From positions 1 through 64,000 of the forward strand of contig CAWDKY010000016.1 in assembly GCA_963802945.1 (NCBI GenBank): a stretch of 64,000 bases of DNA. The letters are read 5' to 3'. Numbering within the stretch: the first letter of the stretch is position 1; the number at the start of each line of letters is the position of its first letter. The position numbers and the translations under genes are program-made. Source of the DNA: an uncultured delta proteobacterium. GTDB taxonomy: Bacteria > Desulfobacterota > RBG-13-43-22. Below, in pieces: positions 42,047 to 52,291 of this stretch. The notes under the pieces are model-generated. The model was given only the letters and a program-made list of their open reading frames with translations. It was not told where the DNA came from and did not search any database.

Positions 42047-43438
42047 TCAGAGTTTGTCTTCCTCTTGCATCTTTCCAATGGATCGTCGGAATACGGCTCT
42101 GGCTATATGGTAGTCCCATTCGGCCTCGACTTGGGTTGACAGGGCCCGGACCAGGGCGGTCTGAGCATCCAAGAGATCGGTGATGGTTCCGGCCCCGACT
42201 TCATAGCGTTCCTTGGCCATACGCATACTCTCCTGGGCATCCTGAACCAAAACTTTGGTTGTCTGCACCGCCGCATAAGCTTCATTGATTTTGGAGTGGG
42301 CTGTCCAGACCTCTTGCCTCACCTTTAAGAGGAGTTGCTTGGCCTCGGCCTCTTCCCTGGAAACTTCTGCCTTGGCCTTGTCCAATTGGTGCTTTCGAAA
42401 AAAACCCGTAAACAGGGGCCATTCGATAGAGATTCCGGCCAACCACTCTTCATCCTTGGGAAAAAAATTTGAGTCTTGCCGGCCGTAACTTCCCTCGGCC
42501 CGGACCTTTGGGCCAAAGGCGCTTGTAGCCGCCTGCACCCCCCTCTGCTGGGCTTCGATGCGTTTAAGAGCGGCCTTGATCTCCGGACGGTTTTGGATGG
42601 CCTGATTCAAGGCATTAGAAAGATCGAGGGAATTCGGAGACCCTATTTCTTCTCCTTTGGTTTCAATGACAAGAGACCTCTCTGCGGGCAGGCCCATCAC
42701 CGTATTCAAACTCCCTTTAGAAATACGGACCAGATTTTCAGCCCGGACCAGGGCTAGCTCGGCATTGGCCTTTTCCACTTGGACCCGAAGGACATCGGCC
42801 TGGGAAACCGCCCCGGCTGCCTTTCGTTCTTCGGCCAATCGTAAATGATCTTTGGCCCGGATCAAATTTTGTTCAGCTACCGAGAAAGTTTCCATGGCTG
42901 CTGCTAATCCATAAAAATCCTGATGAACACCTAACACCAGATCCTGGATGACCCTGGCTTTTTCCTCCTCAGCCACCCCTTGTCTGGCCAGAGCCGATTG
43001 GTAATTGGCCCGCCGTTCGCCGCTGTCAAAAAGGGTATAGCGGGCCCGGATTCCAGCCTTCCAGTCGTCGGTTGGGCCGACGATTGTGGGGATGGACCGG
43101 CCAAGGATACTGCCAAGGGAAGAAATCCCATTGGGCAGAAAGGCATGTTGTTGCCAATAGGAGTAACCTGTTTGGAGGCCCAGCTCGGGATAATAGGGGG
43201 CCTTGGCTTCTCCAGCGGTCTCTTTGGCCGCCAGCACACCCATCATGGCCGATTGTTGGCTGGGATTGGTTTCCAGGGCAATTTTTATGCAGTCTTGGAG
43301 GGACAAGGGTTTATTGGATGAATCCACCTTGGGAGACTCAGCCCGAACCGGCCAGGTAAATCCCAGAACGAGTACGGCTAATCCCAAGAATAGAGTGATC
43401 AAGCTAACCCTATTAACTGCTTTATTGAAAGGAATCAT
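42047..43438 (-). CDS. TolC family outer-membrane efflux protein
   Basis: LSLQDCIKIALETNP, two OEP repeats, RYEVGAGTITDLLDAQ; ATG 43438 after GGAGG. Confidence 0.92.
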   Translation of the reverse strand: MIPFNKAVNRVSLITLFLGLAVLVLGFTWPVRAESPKVDSSNKPLSLQDCIKIALETNPSQQSAMMGVLAAKETAGEAKAPYYPELGLQTGYSYWQQHAFLPNGISSLGSILGRSIPTIVGPTDDWKAGIRARYTLFDSGERRANYQSALARQGVAEEEKARVIQDLVLGVHQDFYGLAAAMETFSVAEQNLIRAKDHLRLAEERKAAGAVSQADVLRVQVEKANAELALVRAENLVRISKGSLNTVMGLPAERSLVIETKGEEIGSPNSLDLSNALNQAIQNRPEIKAALKRIEAQQRGVQAATSAFGPKVRAEGSYGRQDSNFFPKDEEWLAGISIEWPLFTGFFRKHQLDKAKAEVSREEAEAKQLLLKVRQEVWTAHSKINEAYAAVQTTKVLVQDAQESMRMAKERYEVGAGTITDLLDAQTALVRALSTQVEAEWDYHIARAVFRRSIGKMQEEDKL

Positions 43439-43481
43439 TGCGTCCTCCTTGTGCTTATAACGAAAACAAGAGTAATGAATT

Positions 43482-43564
43482 CCGAATATCGAATTTCGAA
43501 TTATGAAGTAATTTCCTTCCACCTTTCTTCGACATTCATTATTCGTTATTCGACATTCGATATT
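43482..43564. repeat. Inverted-arm 7-nt-period tandem repeat
   Basis: CGAATAT CGAATTT CGAATTA TGAAG ... CTTCGAC ATTCATT ATTCGTT ATTCGAC ATTCGAT ATT. Confidence 0.8.
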
Positions 43565-43608
43565 AATAGAAAAATACTTTGGTGCTTCACAGCAGACCTA
43601 TAGGTTCA

Positions 43609-44739
43609 TTATGACATAGTTTTTCGAAACCGTTTTGAAGCTGTCCAAAGAACAAACAAACCCATGATGGCCAAAACCGCCATATGGGGCCATAAGATTG
43701 CCATCCCCACACCTTTAAGAAAAATCCCCCGGATGATAACCAGAAAATAACGCAGGGGATTAATATAGGTGAGCCATTGGATGACCTCCGGCATATTGGC
43801 AATGGGAAATACAAACCCGGAAAGCAGCATAGCCGGAAATACAAAAAAGAAGGCGCTCATCATGGCTTGCTGCTGGGTCTTACTGACAGTGGAAATAAGA
43901 AGTCCTACCCCCAGAGTGGTCATGACATAAAGTCCGGTGGCCAGGAAAAGTAACAACAGGTTTCCCCGGATGGGTACCTCAAACCAGAAAATTCCGACCA
44001 GAGAGACCAGAAGTACATCGATGAAACTGATCAGGGTGAAAGGGACGGTCTTTCCCATAATAAATTCTTTGGGTGTAATGGGAGTGACCATGATCTGTTC
44101 CATGGTCCCGATTTCTTTTTCACGGACAACGGCCATACTCGTTAACAAAAGCGTGACCAGCATGACCAGCAGAGCGATCACTCCGGGCACAAAAAAATTC
44201 CGGCTTTCCAGATTATCATTGAACCAGGCCCGGCTCTCCAGGTCCACCTGACCAAAGACCAGCCCTCCACCCAATAGGCGGGAGGACCTCTCGGCCAGGG
44301 CTTCCTGGGAATATTGGGCCACAATTTTATTGCTGTAACCCAGAACAATGGCCGCCGTATTGGAATCGGTCCCGTCCAGGATCAATTGCAAGGGGGCTTT
44401 ACGCCCGGCGGCTAAATCCCGGCCGAACTCCTTGTTGATATGAAGAAGGATCTGGACCCGCCCTTGATCCATCAATTCCCGGATTTGATCTTCCCGGTAT
44501 ACAAATTCATCGACCTGAAAATAACCGGATTTGACAAAACGATCCACCACCTCACGGCTGTAAACGCTGTTGTCCTGATCGTAAACCGCCATGGACACGT
44601 TTTTGACATCGGTTGTTACGGCATACCCGAAGATAAGCACCTGAAAAACAGGCATTATAAAAATAATGGCTCTCGATCTGGGATCGCGAAGGATCTGAAT
44701 AAATTCTTTGACCAGGATCTGCTTAATTCGTTCCCACAT
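43609..44739 (-). CDS. ABC-2 exporter permease (YbhR-like)
   Basis: KEFIQILRD, VREKEIGTMEQ, LLSGFVFPI.NMP. Confidence 0.93.
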   Translation of the reverse strand: MWERIKQILVKEFIQILRDPRSRAIIFIMPVFQVLIFGYAVTTDVKNVSMAVYDQDNSVYSREVVDRFVKSGYFQVDEFVYREDQIRELMDQGRVQILLHINKEFGRDLAAGRKAPLQLILDGTDSNTAAIVLGYSNKIVAQYSQEALAERSSRLLGGGLVFGQVDLESRAWFNDNLESRNFFVPGVIALLVMLVTLLLTSMAVVREKEIGTMEQIMVTPITPKEFIMGKTVPFTLISFIDVLLVSLVGIFWFEVPIRGNLLLLFLATGLYVMTTLGVGLLISTVSKTQQQAMMSAFFFVFPAMLLSGFVFPIANMPEVIQWLTYINPLRYFLVIIRGIFLKGVGMAILWPHMAVLAIMGLFVLWTASKRFRKTMS

Positions 44740-44741
44740 GA

Positions 44742-45875
44742 TTAGGCCAGTTTCTTTTTAAATTTCTTTATGGCCAAGACAAACATCAACAAGGAAAAAA
44801 TGATCAGAAATACACCTTCCACGGCCAAAATCCTGGGACCGACGCCTTTTAAATAAATCCCTTTTAAAAGGGTGATGAAATACCTGGCAGGAATCAGATA
44901 TGAAATCCCTTGCAGGACTTTTGGCATACTGCGGATGGGAAAAGCCAGACCGGAAAGCAAAAAGGACGGCAGAAAAGTGGCTACCATAGCGATTTGGCTG
45001 GACAGCAACTGGCTCTTGGTGGTGATGCTGATGAACATACCTAAGGACAAAGTCCCGACGAGGAAAACCGCCGCCGAGCCGAAAATCAAACCCGGATTTC
45101 CCCGAAGAGGTACATGAAAAAGAAACTCGCCCATCAAAACGGCCACTAAGACATCAAACATACCGATGCAAAAATAAGGGATCAATTTTCCTATAATCAA
45201 CTCCGGGGCCTTGACCGGTGTGGAAATCAATTGTTCCATAGTCCCCTGTTCCCATTCCCGGGCCACGGTCAAAGAGGTCAGCAAAGCGGCAATGACCATC
45301 ATGATGACGGCCAGTAGGCCGGGAATGATATAGTTCCTGGATTCCAGGTCGGCGTTGAACCAGACCCGGGGATGGAAGTCGATGGGACTTTCAACCGCCC
45401 GTCCTCCCTGGCGTTGAATTTCCTTCAGAGCGACGTCCTGATTATAGCCCATGGTGATCCCTTCAGCATAACCCATAGCGATGGTGGCCGTGTTGGAATC
45501 ACTCCCGTCGATAATCAGTTGAAGAGGGGTCTTGCGTCCTGAAGCGAGGCGGCCTGAAAAATCCGGCGGGATGATCAGGGCAGCCAAGGCCCGGCGAGAA
45601 TCGATGGCTTCTTCCACCGCACGGTAGCCCTCCACATAACCCTGGAGAGAAAAATAGTGAGAGCCCAAAAAGCGACTGATCAAATCCCGGCTGACCTGGG
45701 ATCGATTCTGATCCCAGATGACCATGGGCACATGATCCACATCAAGGGTCAGAGCATAACCAAAGAGGATCAAGAGGATCATCGGTATGGCGATACCCAT
45801 GCCCAGACTTCTCGGATCACGGAAAATGTGGAGGAACTCTTTACGGGTCACGGCCCAGGTGCGTTTCAGTTTCAT
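44742..45875 (-). CDS. ABC-2 exporter permease (YbhS-like)
   Basis: KEFLHIFRD, AREWEQGTMEQL..TP. Confidence 0.93.
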   Translation of the reverse strand: MKLKRTWAVTRKEFLHIFRDPRSLGMGIAIPMILLILFGYALTLDVDHVPMVIWDQNRSQVSRDLISRFLGSHYFSLQGYVEGYRAVEEAIDSRRALAALIIPPDFSGRLASGRKTPLQLIIDGSDSNTATIAMGYAEGITMGYNQDVALKEIQRQGGRAVESPIDFHPRVWFNADLESRNYIIPGLLAVIMMVIAALLTSLTVAREWEQGTMEQLISTPVKAPELIIGKLIPYFCIGMFDVLVAVLMGEFLFHVPLRGNPGLIFGSAAVFLVGTLSLGMFISITTKSQLLSSQIAMVATFLPSFLLSGLAFPIRSMPKVLQGISYLIPARYFITLLKGIYLKGVGPRILAVEGVFLIIFSLLMFVLAIKKFKKKLA

Positions 45876-46846
45876 TTGCGCACCTCGGCTTGAGGCTGCT
45901 CAGCCCGGTCACGGGCCTCGATCAGGGAAACGAAGACGTCTTCCAGGGATGGGATGATTTTTTCAATGCGGAAGACTTTAAATCCTCGGTCAACCAATGT
46001 GCTTTGAATATTTTCAATGGCTTTAACGGCATCCTCGACAACGAGATGAATCCCCTTGCCGAAAAGGGCAGCCTCCCGGACAGCAGATATCTTTTCAAGG
46101 ACTTCCATGGCTTCCTGGGGCCGTTCGCACAGACATTCCAAGACTTCCTCCTGCATCCATTGGGTCTTCAGCATTTCCGGGGTCCCCAGGGCAATCAATT
46201 CTCCCCGGTAGATCAGACCGATCCGGTCGCAGTATTCGGCCTCATCCATATAATGGGTGGTCACAAAAACCGTCACCCCTTTGCCTGCCAGCTCATAAAT
46301 AAGATCCCAGAACCGGCGACGGCAGATCGGATCCACCCCTGAGGTTGGTTCGTCCAAAAAAATGATCGGGGGTTCATGGAGAACGGCGCACCCCAGAGCC
46401 AGGCGCTGTTTCCAGCCACCGGAGAGCTCGGCCGTTCGAGAATTGCGGTGGTCCATAAGGCCCGCCATTCGGAGCACCCAATCTTTCCGTTCTTCTTTTT
46501 TTCCCTCGGGAATATTGTAGATACCGCTGTAGAAATTGATGTTTTCTTCCACGGTCAGATCTTCATAGAGGGAAAATCTCTGGCTCATATAACCAATATG
46601 AGCTTTGATCTTTTCCGCTTCCTTCAAGATATCGAATCCGGCCACTGTACCTGTTCCGCCGCTGGGGGCCAAAATGCCGCAAAGCATGCGGATGGTAGTT
46701 GACTTGCCGGCTCCATTTGGTCCCAGGAAACCGAAAATCTCCCCCTTTTTTATCTCAAAGCTGACCCGGTTCACGGCCGTAAAGGCCCCAAAACGCCTTT
46801 CCAGATCTTTAACAACAACGGCCTGGCCGTTTTCAGAGGCTGTCAT
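45872..46846 (-). CDS. ABC transporter ATP-binding protein (YbhF C-half-like)
   Basis: GPNGAGKST, LSGGWKQRL, THYMDEAEYC. Confidence 0.95.
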   Translation of the reverse strand: MTASENGQAVVVKDLERRFGAFTAVNRVSFEIKKGEIFGFLGPNGAGKSTTIRMLCGILAPSGGTGTVAGFDILKEAEKIKAHIGYMSQRFSLYEDLTVEENINFYSGIYNIPEGKKEERKDWVLRMAGLMDHRNSRTAELSGGWKQRLALGCAVLHEPPIIFLDEPTSGVDPICRRRFWDLIYELAGKGVTVFVTTHYMDEAEYCDRIGLIYRGELIALGTPEMLKTQWMQEEVLECLCERPQEAMEVLEKISAVREAALFGKGIHLVVEDAVKAIENIQSTLVDRGFKVFRIEKIIPSLEDVFVSLIEARDRAEQPQAEVRK

Positions 46847-47838
46847 TGGCCTTCCCGCTGATGAATGATCTCCCCTCCTTTTCCTATAGGGAGCTTAAAA
46901 TTTAAACGAGAAGGACTTTCCTCTTGTTGGGCTACTACTGAAATAAAGATATCTTCCAGAGAAGGTTCAATAGGCGTGATCCCTAATGATGAGAAGCCGG
47001 CCTGAGTGATCATCTTTTCAACCTGTTGTGATTCCTCCCTGGGTTTTTCGGTAATCAGGTGAATCCGATCGCCGAAAAGGCCCACTGAATCGGCTGCATA
47101 ATGTTCCCTTAGCAAGGCCGTAACCTTTCGAGGCTGGTCGGAACGAACCTCCAGGATCGTTCCCTTCATCAGATGCTTCATTTCTTCGGGAATCCCCAGA
47201 GCCAATATTTTTCCTTTATGAATGAGACCGATCCGATTACACCTTTCCGCTTCATCCAGATAAGCGGTAGAAATAAAAATAGTCACTTTTTCTTTTAGCA
47301 GTTGATAAAGGATGCGCCAGAAGTCCCTCCGGGAGACCGGGTCCACTCCGTTGGTCGGCTCATCCAAGAAAAGGACCTCGGGGGTATGGATCAGGGCACA
47401 GGCCAGCCCCAATTTTTGTTTCATTCCACCGGAGAGATTCCCGGCCTGTCGTTTTTTGAAAGGGGTCAAATTACTGAAACTCAAGAGGCGGTTGATCTTT
47501 TCTTCCCGCCCTTTTCGGGGAAGACCATAGATATCGGCATAAAATAAAATATTTTCCATCACGGTGAGATCGGGATAGAGACCAAAGCGCTGGCTCATAT
47601 ATCCGATTTTTTCCTTGATGGTCTCGGCTTCCTTGATAATGTTGTGACCGGCCACCCAGGCCTCTCCAGAGGTAGGGTCCAGGATGGTGGATAAAAGACG
47701 CATGGTTGTGGTCTTGCCGGCACCGTCCGGGCCCACCAGACCGAAGATCTCGCCTTCGGCGATTTCCAGATTAAGGGAATCCACCGCAGTCAGACCGTCA
47801 AAAGATTTGGTCAAGTTTTTGGTTTTTATAGCTGCCAT
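46843..47838 (-). CDS. ABC transporter ATP-binding protein (YbhF N-half-like)
   Basis: GPDGAGKTT, LSGGMKQKL, STAYLDEAE. Confidence 0.95.
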   Translation of the reverse strand: MAAIKTKNLTKSFDGLTAVDSLNLEIAEGEIFGLVGPDGAGKTTTMRLLSTILDPTSGEAWVAGHNIIKEAETIKEKIGYMSQRFGLYPDLTVMENILFYADIYGLPRKGREEKINRLLSFSNLTPFKKRQAGNLSGGMKQKLGLACALIHTPEVLFLDEPTNGVDPVSRRDFWRILYQLLKEKVTIFISTAYLDEAERCNRIGLIHKGKILALGIPEEMKHLMKGTILEVRSDQPRKVTALLREHYAADSVGLFGDRIHLITEKPREESQQVEKMITQAGFSSLGITPIEPSLEDIFISVVAQQEESPSRLNFKLPIGKGGEIIHQREGQ

Positions 47839-47845
47839 ATCATTC

Positions 47846-48176
47846 TAAATCCTAACAACTGAAATTCGAAATCCGAAACAAATCCAAAATTCAAAAATTC
47901 AATTTTGATGATCTCGAAAAAAGTCGCCAAAGGCCAATGTTAGTCATTCCGGTCCCGCATCAAATGCGGGATAGACTCCAGCCGGAATCTAGTATTTTTT
48001 GGAAGTTATGAATCTTCTGGGCACCGGCTTTCGCCGGTGTGACGACTTTTTACGAATTCGTTAATTTTGTAAACGTTTTTTCCATTGATATTTGTTTCGA
48101 ATTTGTTCCCTATGGTCACTCCCATCCCGATTGCATCGGGATGGGTTCCCGGTTTCGTGCTTAGAATTTCGAATTT
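47846..48176. repeat. Composite: inverted 7-nt repeat arms enclosing a MITE, a REP-like unit and extra hairpins
   Basis: GAAATTC GAAATCC GAAACAA arm; TIR CGAAAAAAGTCG / CGACTTTTTACG; GTCATTCCGG core; right arm TTGTTTCGAATTT...GAATTTCGAATTT. Confidence 0.8.
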
Positions 48177-49162
48177 TAATTTAAAAATATTTCCCCATCG
48201 GCCGGCATGCCGGGTTTCAACTCCATATTGGGATTGGGGATCTCCACTTTAATGCGATAGACCAGTTTCACCCGTTCTTTTTGCGTTTGAATATTTTTGG
48301 GGGTGAACTCGGACTGAGGGGCGATAAAAGAAATTTTACCCTCGTAGGGTTTTCCGGGAAAGGTGTCGGTGGTCACCCGCACCTTTTGTCCCACCTTGAC
48401 TCGCCCCAAATCGGTTTCGTTGATGTAGGCCCGCAGATAGAGCTGGCTTACATCGCCCATTGAAATGATCGGGGTTCCCGGTGAAACATATTCACCGGCT
48501 TCCACGTTTTCCGAAAGGACCATCCCTGAGATAGGAGACAGCAGGGTCGCATATTGCAACCTGGTTTGCGCCAGTCCCAAAGCTTGTTTGGCCTGTTCCA
48601 AGGTGGCTTGGGCCTGCTCAATTTTTTCCTGGCGCGGACCTTTTCGAACCAGAGTAAAAAATTCCTTGGCCTCCCGGATTCGGGCCTCGGCCGCCTCATA
48701 GGTAGTTTTGGCCAGGTCAAATTCCCGGGTAGAGATGACCTCTCTTTCATATAGTCTTTTCTGTCTTTGAAACTCTAGGGTAGCCCGGTCTCCGTCAGCC
48801 TTGGCCCGTTCCAAAGCAGCCTGGGCCTGGGCGATCTCCTCCGGTCGCGAGCCGGCCTGCAGTTCGGCCAAAACGGCCCGGGCAGTGGCCACCTGGGCCT
48901 GACGCTGGGCAATTTCCAGTTTCAAATCTTTATCGTCCAGACGGGCCACCACCTGACCGGCTTTTATCATTTGTCCTTCACTGACCGGCCGTTCTTCCAC
49001 CCGCCCCGGAATCTTAAAACCGACTTCCACATCGGTAATCTCAATGTTCCCTGAAACCCGAATACGATTCAAATCCTGGGCGCGATGATTCTTAAAATAA
49101 AAAATGCCGGCAATCGCAGCGGCGATTACCAACAACAAAAGGATGATGATCTTCTTTTTCAT
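48176..49162 (-). CDS. HlyD-family periplasmic adaptor (YbhG-like)
   Basis: VSGNIE, GSRPEEI, EFTPKNIQT..ERVKLVYRIK, LKPGMPAD. Confidence 0.94.
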   Translation of the reverse strand: MKKKIIILLLLVIAAAIAGIFYFKNHRAQDLNRIRVSGNIEITDVEVGFKIPGRVEERPVSEGQMIKAGQVVARLDDKDLKLEIAQRQAQVATARAVLAELQAGSRPEEIAQAQAALERAKADGDRATLEFQRQKRLYEREVISTREFDLAKTTYEAAEARIREAKEFFTLVRKGPRQEKIEQAQATLEQAKQALGLAQTRLQYATLLSPISGMVLSENVEAGEYVSPGTPIISMGDVSQLYLRAYINETDLGRVKVGQKVRVTTDTFPGKPYEGKISFIAPQSEFTPKNIQTQKERVKLVYRIKVEIPNPNMELKPGMPADGEIFLN

Positions 49163-49271
49163 GGCTGATATCCCTTTGAGAGGATTATGGAATTGTTGAC
49201 AGTTGAGGATACTGAATCAGATCCCCGAATAGGACATACCCCTCGAATTATTTCATTATTTTAATCCTTAG

Positions 49272-49502
49272 TTACCCGGTCTTCTTGACATAGGCATGAA
49301 AGGTCCCTTTTTCATCTTCCACTCCCAGACACTCATGACCCGTTTGCTTGCACCAGTTCGACATATCTTGCTTTATCCCTTCATCATCGGCCAGAACTTC
49401 CAATACCTGCCCTGGTTTTAATGCTTTGATTTTACGGGCCGTTTCCACGATAGGCATGGGACAGTAAAGTCCCACACAATCCAGTGTTTCATCTGCTTTC
49501 AT
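49272..49502 (-). CDS. tusA: TusA family sulfur carrier
   Basis: LDCVGLYCPMP motif. Confidence 0.92.
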   Translation of the reverse strand: MKADETLDCVGLYCPMPIVETARKIKALKPGQVLEVLADDEGIKQDMSNWCKQTGHECLGVEDEKGTFHAYVKKTG

Positions 49503-49556
49503 GGTTTTCCTCCTAAATCATCCTGCCCCAATCGGGAGCCATGAGGCATGGGAAAA

Positions 49557-49653
49557 AGTTCAAGGATTCGAGGGGTCAAGGATTCAAGGACCGCAGGGCG
49601 GAGAGAAAGGCAAGGAAGGTTAAACCCTGGAATCCTTGAATCCTGGAACCCTA
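49557..49653. repeat. Inverted-arm 8-nt-period tandem repeat
   Basis: AGGATTCG AGGGGTCA AGGATTCA AGG ... CCTGGAAT CCTTGAAT CCTGGAAC CCT; same unit as at 2040-2072. Confidence 0.8.
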
Positions 49654-49661
49654 TTTTTGTA

Positions 49662-50144
49662 TTAAATAAACAGGTTAACTTTGCTGTCCCTGGCCACAGC
49701 CAAATAGGTGGCCACGCCGGCAAAATTATTAACCTCCGGGATAAAAGCATCATGTCCGATTCCCATCATCCCCATGGAGGTGGTGCAGGCAATAAATTTG
49801 ACGCCGAACTCCTGAGCAATCTTAATCTGCTCTTCCACCTGGGGAAACTTGATATCCTGCATCAATTTCTGCATCATCCACTTGCCCATACCCAGCATGT
49901 GAAATTTTGATAAAGGCAATCTCTTGGAGCCGCCACGGTTCATGGTATTGAGCATTTTTCTCATAATCCCTTTGCTGGAAATGCGACCCTCATTTTTTTT
50001 AATCAGGTTAAGTCCCCAGAAGGTAAAGAACATGGTTACATCCATTCCGGAGGTCGCCCCTCCGATAGCCAGGTTAAAAGCAGCCAGGGCTTTATCCATC
50101 TCCCCGCTAAAGACGATAATAGTCATCTTGTCCTGTTCGGCCAT
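49662..50144 (-). CDS. DsrE/DsrF/DrsH-like sulfurtransferase
   Basis: IVFSGEMDKA, MFFTFWG, ACTTSMGMMG; ATG 50144 after GGAGG. Confidence 0.9.
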   Translation of the reverse strand: MAEQDKMTIIVFSGEMDKALAAFNLAIGGATSGMDVTMFFTFWGLNLIKKNEGRISSKGIMRKMLNTMNRGGSKRLPLSKFHMLGMGKWMMQKLMQDIKFPQVEEQIKIAQEFGVKFIACTTSMGMMGIGHDAFIPEVNNFAGVATYLAVARDSKVNLFI

Positions 50145-50164
50145 TTGATCCTCCTCCCACCCTG

Positions 50165-50365
50165 TTAATCCAAGGGTTCTCCACATTCAGGGCATTTTTT
50201 TGTTTTTTTCTCAATTATTATTCCACAATTAAGACAATGGACATGAACAACACGGCATGCCTGGCAGAACGAGGGTTTGGATTCTATAATCTCCTCTTCG
50301 CAATAGATGCACAAGCATTGCCCTTCGGTTTTAGGTAGCGCAGGCTGCTTCGTTCTCATGGTCAT
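50165..50365 (-). CDS. Small double zinc-ribbon protein
   Basis: Four CxxC motifs (CIYC, CQAC, CLNC, CPEC). Confidence 0.7.
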   Translation of the reverse strand: MTMRTKQPALPKTEGQCLCIYCEEEIIESKPSFCQACRVVHVHCLNCGIIIEKKTKKCPECGEPLD

Positions 50366-50783
50366 GATCCTCCTCCTCTTCTTTTATCTTTTCTAAACCT
50401 TTTATCGTTAAATTATTTTTCTTGGCATAGTTGGCAATGGCTTTCCCCAAAGCCTGGGCTCCCAGATTGGAACAATGATACTTATTCTTAGGCAGATCAC
50501 CCAGCTCCTTGGCCACGAAGGCTGGTGTGATCGTCAACGCTTCTTCGAGGGTTTTACCCTTGGCCATCTCACTGACCTTGCTGGAAACGGCAATGGCCGC
50601 CCCACAGCCGAAGGTTTGATATTTCACGTCTTCCAGGCGACCATCTTTCACTTTGATGTAAAAGGTCATCATATCGCCGCAAACAGGGTTACCCACTTCA
50701 CCAATACCGTCGGCATCTTTAATTTCACCGACATTACGAGGATTGGTGAAATGGTCCATCACTTCTTGACTATAAACCGGCAT
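50331..50783 (-). CDS. iscU: Fe-S cluster scaffold IscU/NifU-N
   Basis: DHFTNPRNVG, GNPVCGD, TFGCGAAIA, KYHCSNL. Confidence 0.95.
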   Translation of the reverse strand: MPVYSQEVMDHFTNPRNVGEIKDADGIGEVGNPVCGDMMTFYIKVKDGRLEDVKYQTFGCGAAIAVSSKVSEMAKGKTLEEALTITPAFVAKELGDLPKNKYHCSNLGAQALGKAIANYAKKNNLTIKGLEKIKEEEEDHDHENEAACAT

Positions 50784-50787
50784 ACCA

Positions 50788-51984
50788 TCAACTCCTTTCT
50801 TCTTTTAAAAATTTGGTATAAAGCGGAGACATCTGCCGTAATTTTGTTACGATGGGAGGAAATTTTTCCAGCACATAATCTATATCGTCCTCTTGGGTGC
50901 CCAAGCCCAATGTGAGCAGCAACGAACCCTGGGCGATTTCATGGGACAAGCCCATAGCGATGAGAACATGCGAGGCTTTTAGGGCCTTCGAGGTGCAGGC
51001 CGAGCCGCTGGATACGGCAATACCGCTCATGTTCATGAGCATCAGCATGGCTTCCCCTTCTATAAATTCAACGCAGAAGCTGGCATGATGAGGAAGCCGC
51101 CGAAGGGGATGACCGGTGAGCACCACATGATCGATTTTTTCCAGCATCCCTTTAATCAATCGGTCACGGATTCTAGAAAGCCGACCGGCGCGTGAACCCA
51201 TATCCCTCATTGCAATCTCGGCGGCCTTGCCCAATCCGATGAAGGCGGGCACGTCCTCCGTACCCGGCCTTCTTCCATTTTCCTGGATGCCCCCATCCAT
51301 CATGGGGATCAAGCGGACTCCTTTACGGACCCATAATGCCCCGGAACCCTTGGGACCATAAAACTGATTTCCGGCCAGGCTCAAGGCATCAACCTTAAGT
51401 TCTTTGACATCGATCGGCACATTTCCGGTGCTGGCAACCGCATCGGTATGGAAAAGAATTCCAGCCTCCTTTACTTTTTTGGCGATCTCCAAAATGGGTT
51501 GAATAGTACCCACCTCTCCATTGGAGTGCATAATGGATACCAGAACAGTATCTTTTTTGATTTTATTAACTACCTCATCCGGATCGATCAGGCCGTATTT
51601 ATCAACCGGTACCAGGCTGAGTTCATATCCGTCCTTTTCCATCCTGCGGACAGTATTAAGCACTGAAAAATGCTCTATGGCCGAAACCACGATGTGCTTC
51701 CCTTTAGCGGCCTGCCCTTGAGCCAACCCTTTTATGGCCAGATTATTGGATTCGGTGCCGCTCCCGGTGAAGATTATTTCATCGGTGTTGCCGTTGATCA
51801 GTGCGGCGACCTGGTCACGGGCGGTATCCAGGGCCTCACGACTCTGATCACCCCAGTCATGAATGGACTGAGGATTGCCGTAAATATCCTTGAGAAAGGG
51901 AAGCATGGCCTCAATCACCTCAGGTAATACCGGCGCCCCGGCAATATAATCGAGATAAACTTTTCGACTCATTGTCGTTTCCAT
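50788..51984 (-). CDS. iscS: Cysteine desulfurase
   Basis: YGNPQSIH, SGTESNN, FHTDAV, SSGSACTS catalytic Cys. Confidence 0.93.
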   Translation of the reverse strand: METTMSRKVYLDYIAGAPVLPEVIEAMLPFLKDIYGNPQSIHDWGDQSREALDTARDQVAALINGNTDEIIFTGSGTESNNLAIKGLAQGQAAKGKHIVVSAIEHFSVLNTVRRMEKDGYELSLVPVDKYGLIDPDEVVNKIKKDTVLVSIMHSNGEVGTIQPILEIAKKVKEAGILFHTDAVASTGNVPIDVKELKVDALSLAGNQFYGPKGSGALWVRKGVRLIPMMDGGIQENGRRPGTEDVPAFIGLGKAAEIAMRDMGSRAGRLSRIRDRLIKGMLEKIDHVVLTGHPLRRLPHHASFCVEFIEGEAMLMLMNMSGIAVSSGSACTSKALKASHVLIAMGLSHEIAQGSLLLTLGLGTQEDDIDYVLEKFPPIVTKLRQMSPLYTKFLKEERS

Positions 51985-52291
51985 AATTAGGTTACCTCCT
52001 TATTCCATTTTGGATCTGACCCTCTCTGAGCCATTTCTACAGGGTAGTCTAAAAGGGTATTGACTAAGATTTTCTGAATCCTGCCATATATTTTTAAAAA
52101 TAATCATAAGGGGTATATTAGTCAATAAACACCTCTGCATCGGCTCTCTGTTTCTGGTCCTCTAATTCGACCATTCCTTATCTTTCCCGAAAACAAGGGA
52201 AGGGATTTATGAATGTTTTCACCCTGACGATATTCATAATCATTTCATGCAAATAACAGCAAAATAAGTTAATTCCTTTAGAAATTTATTA

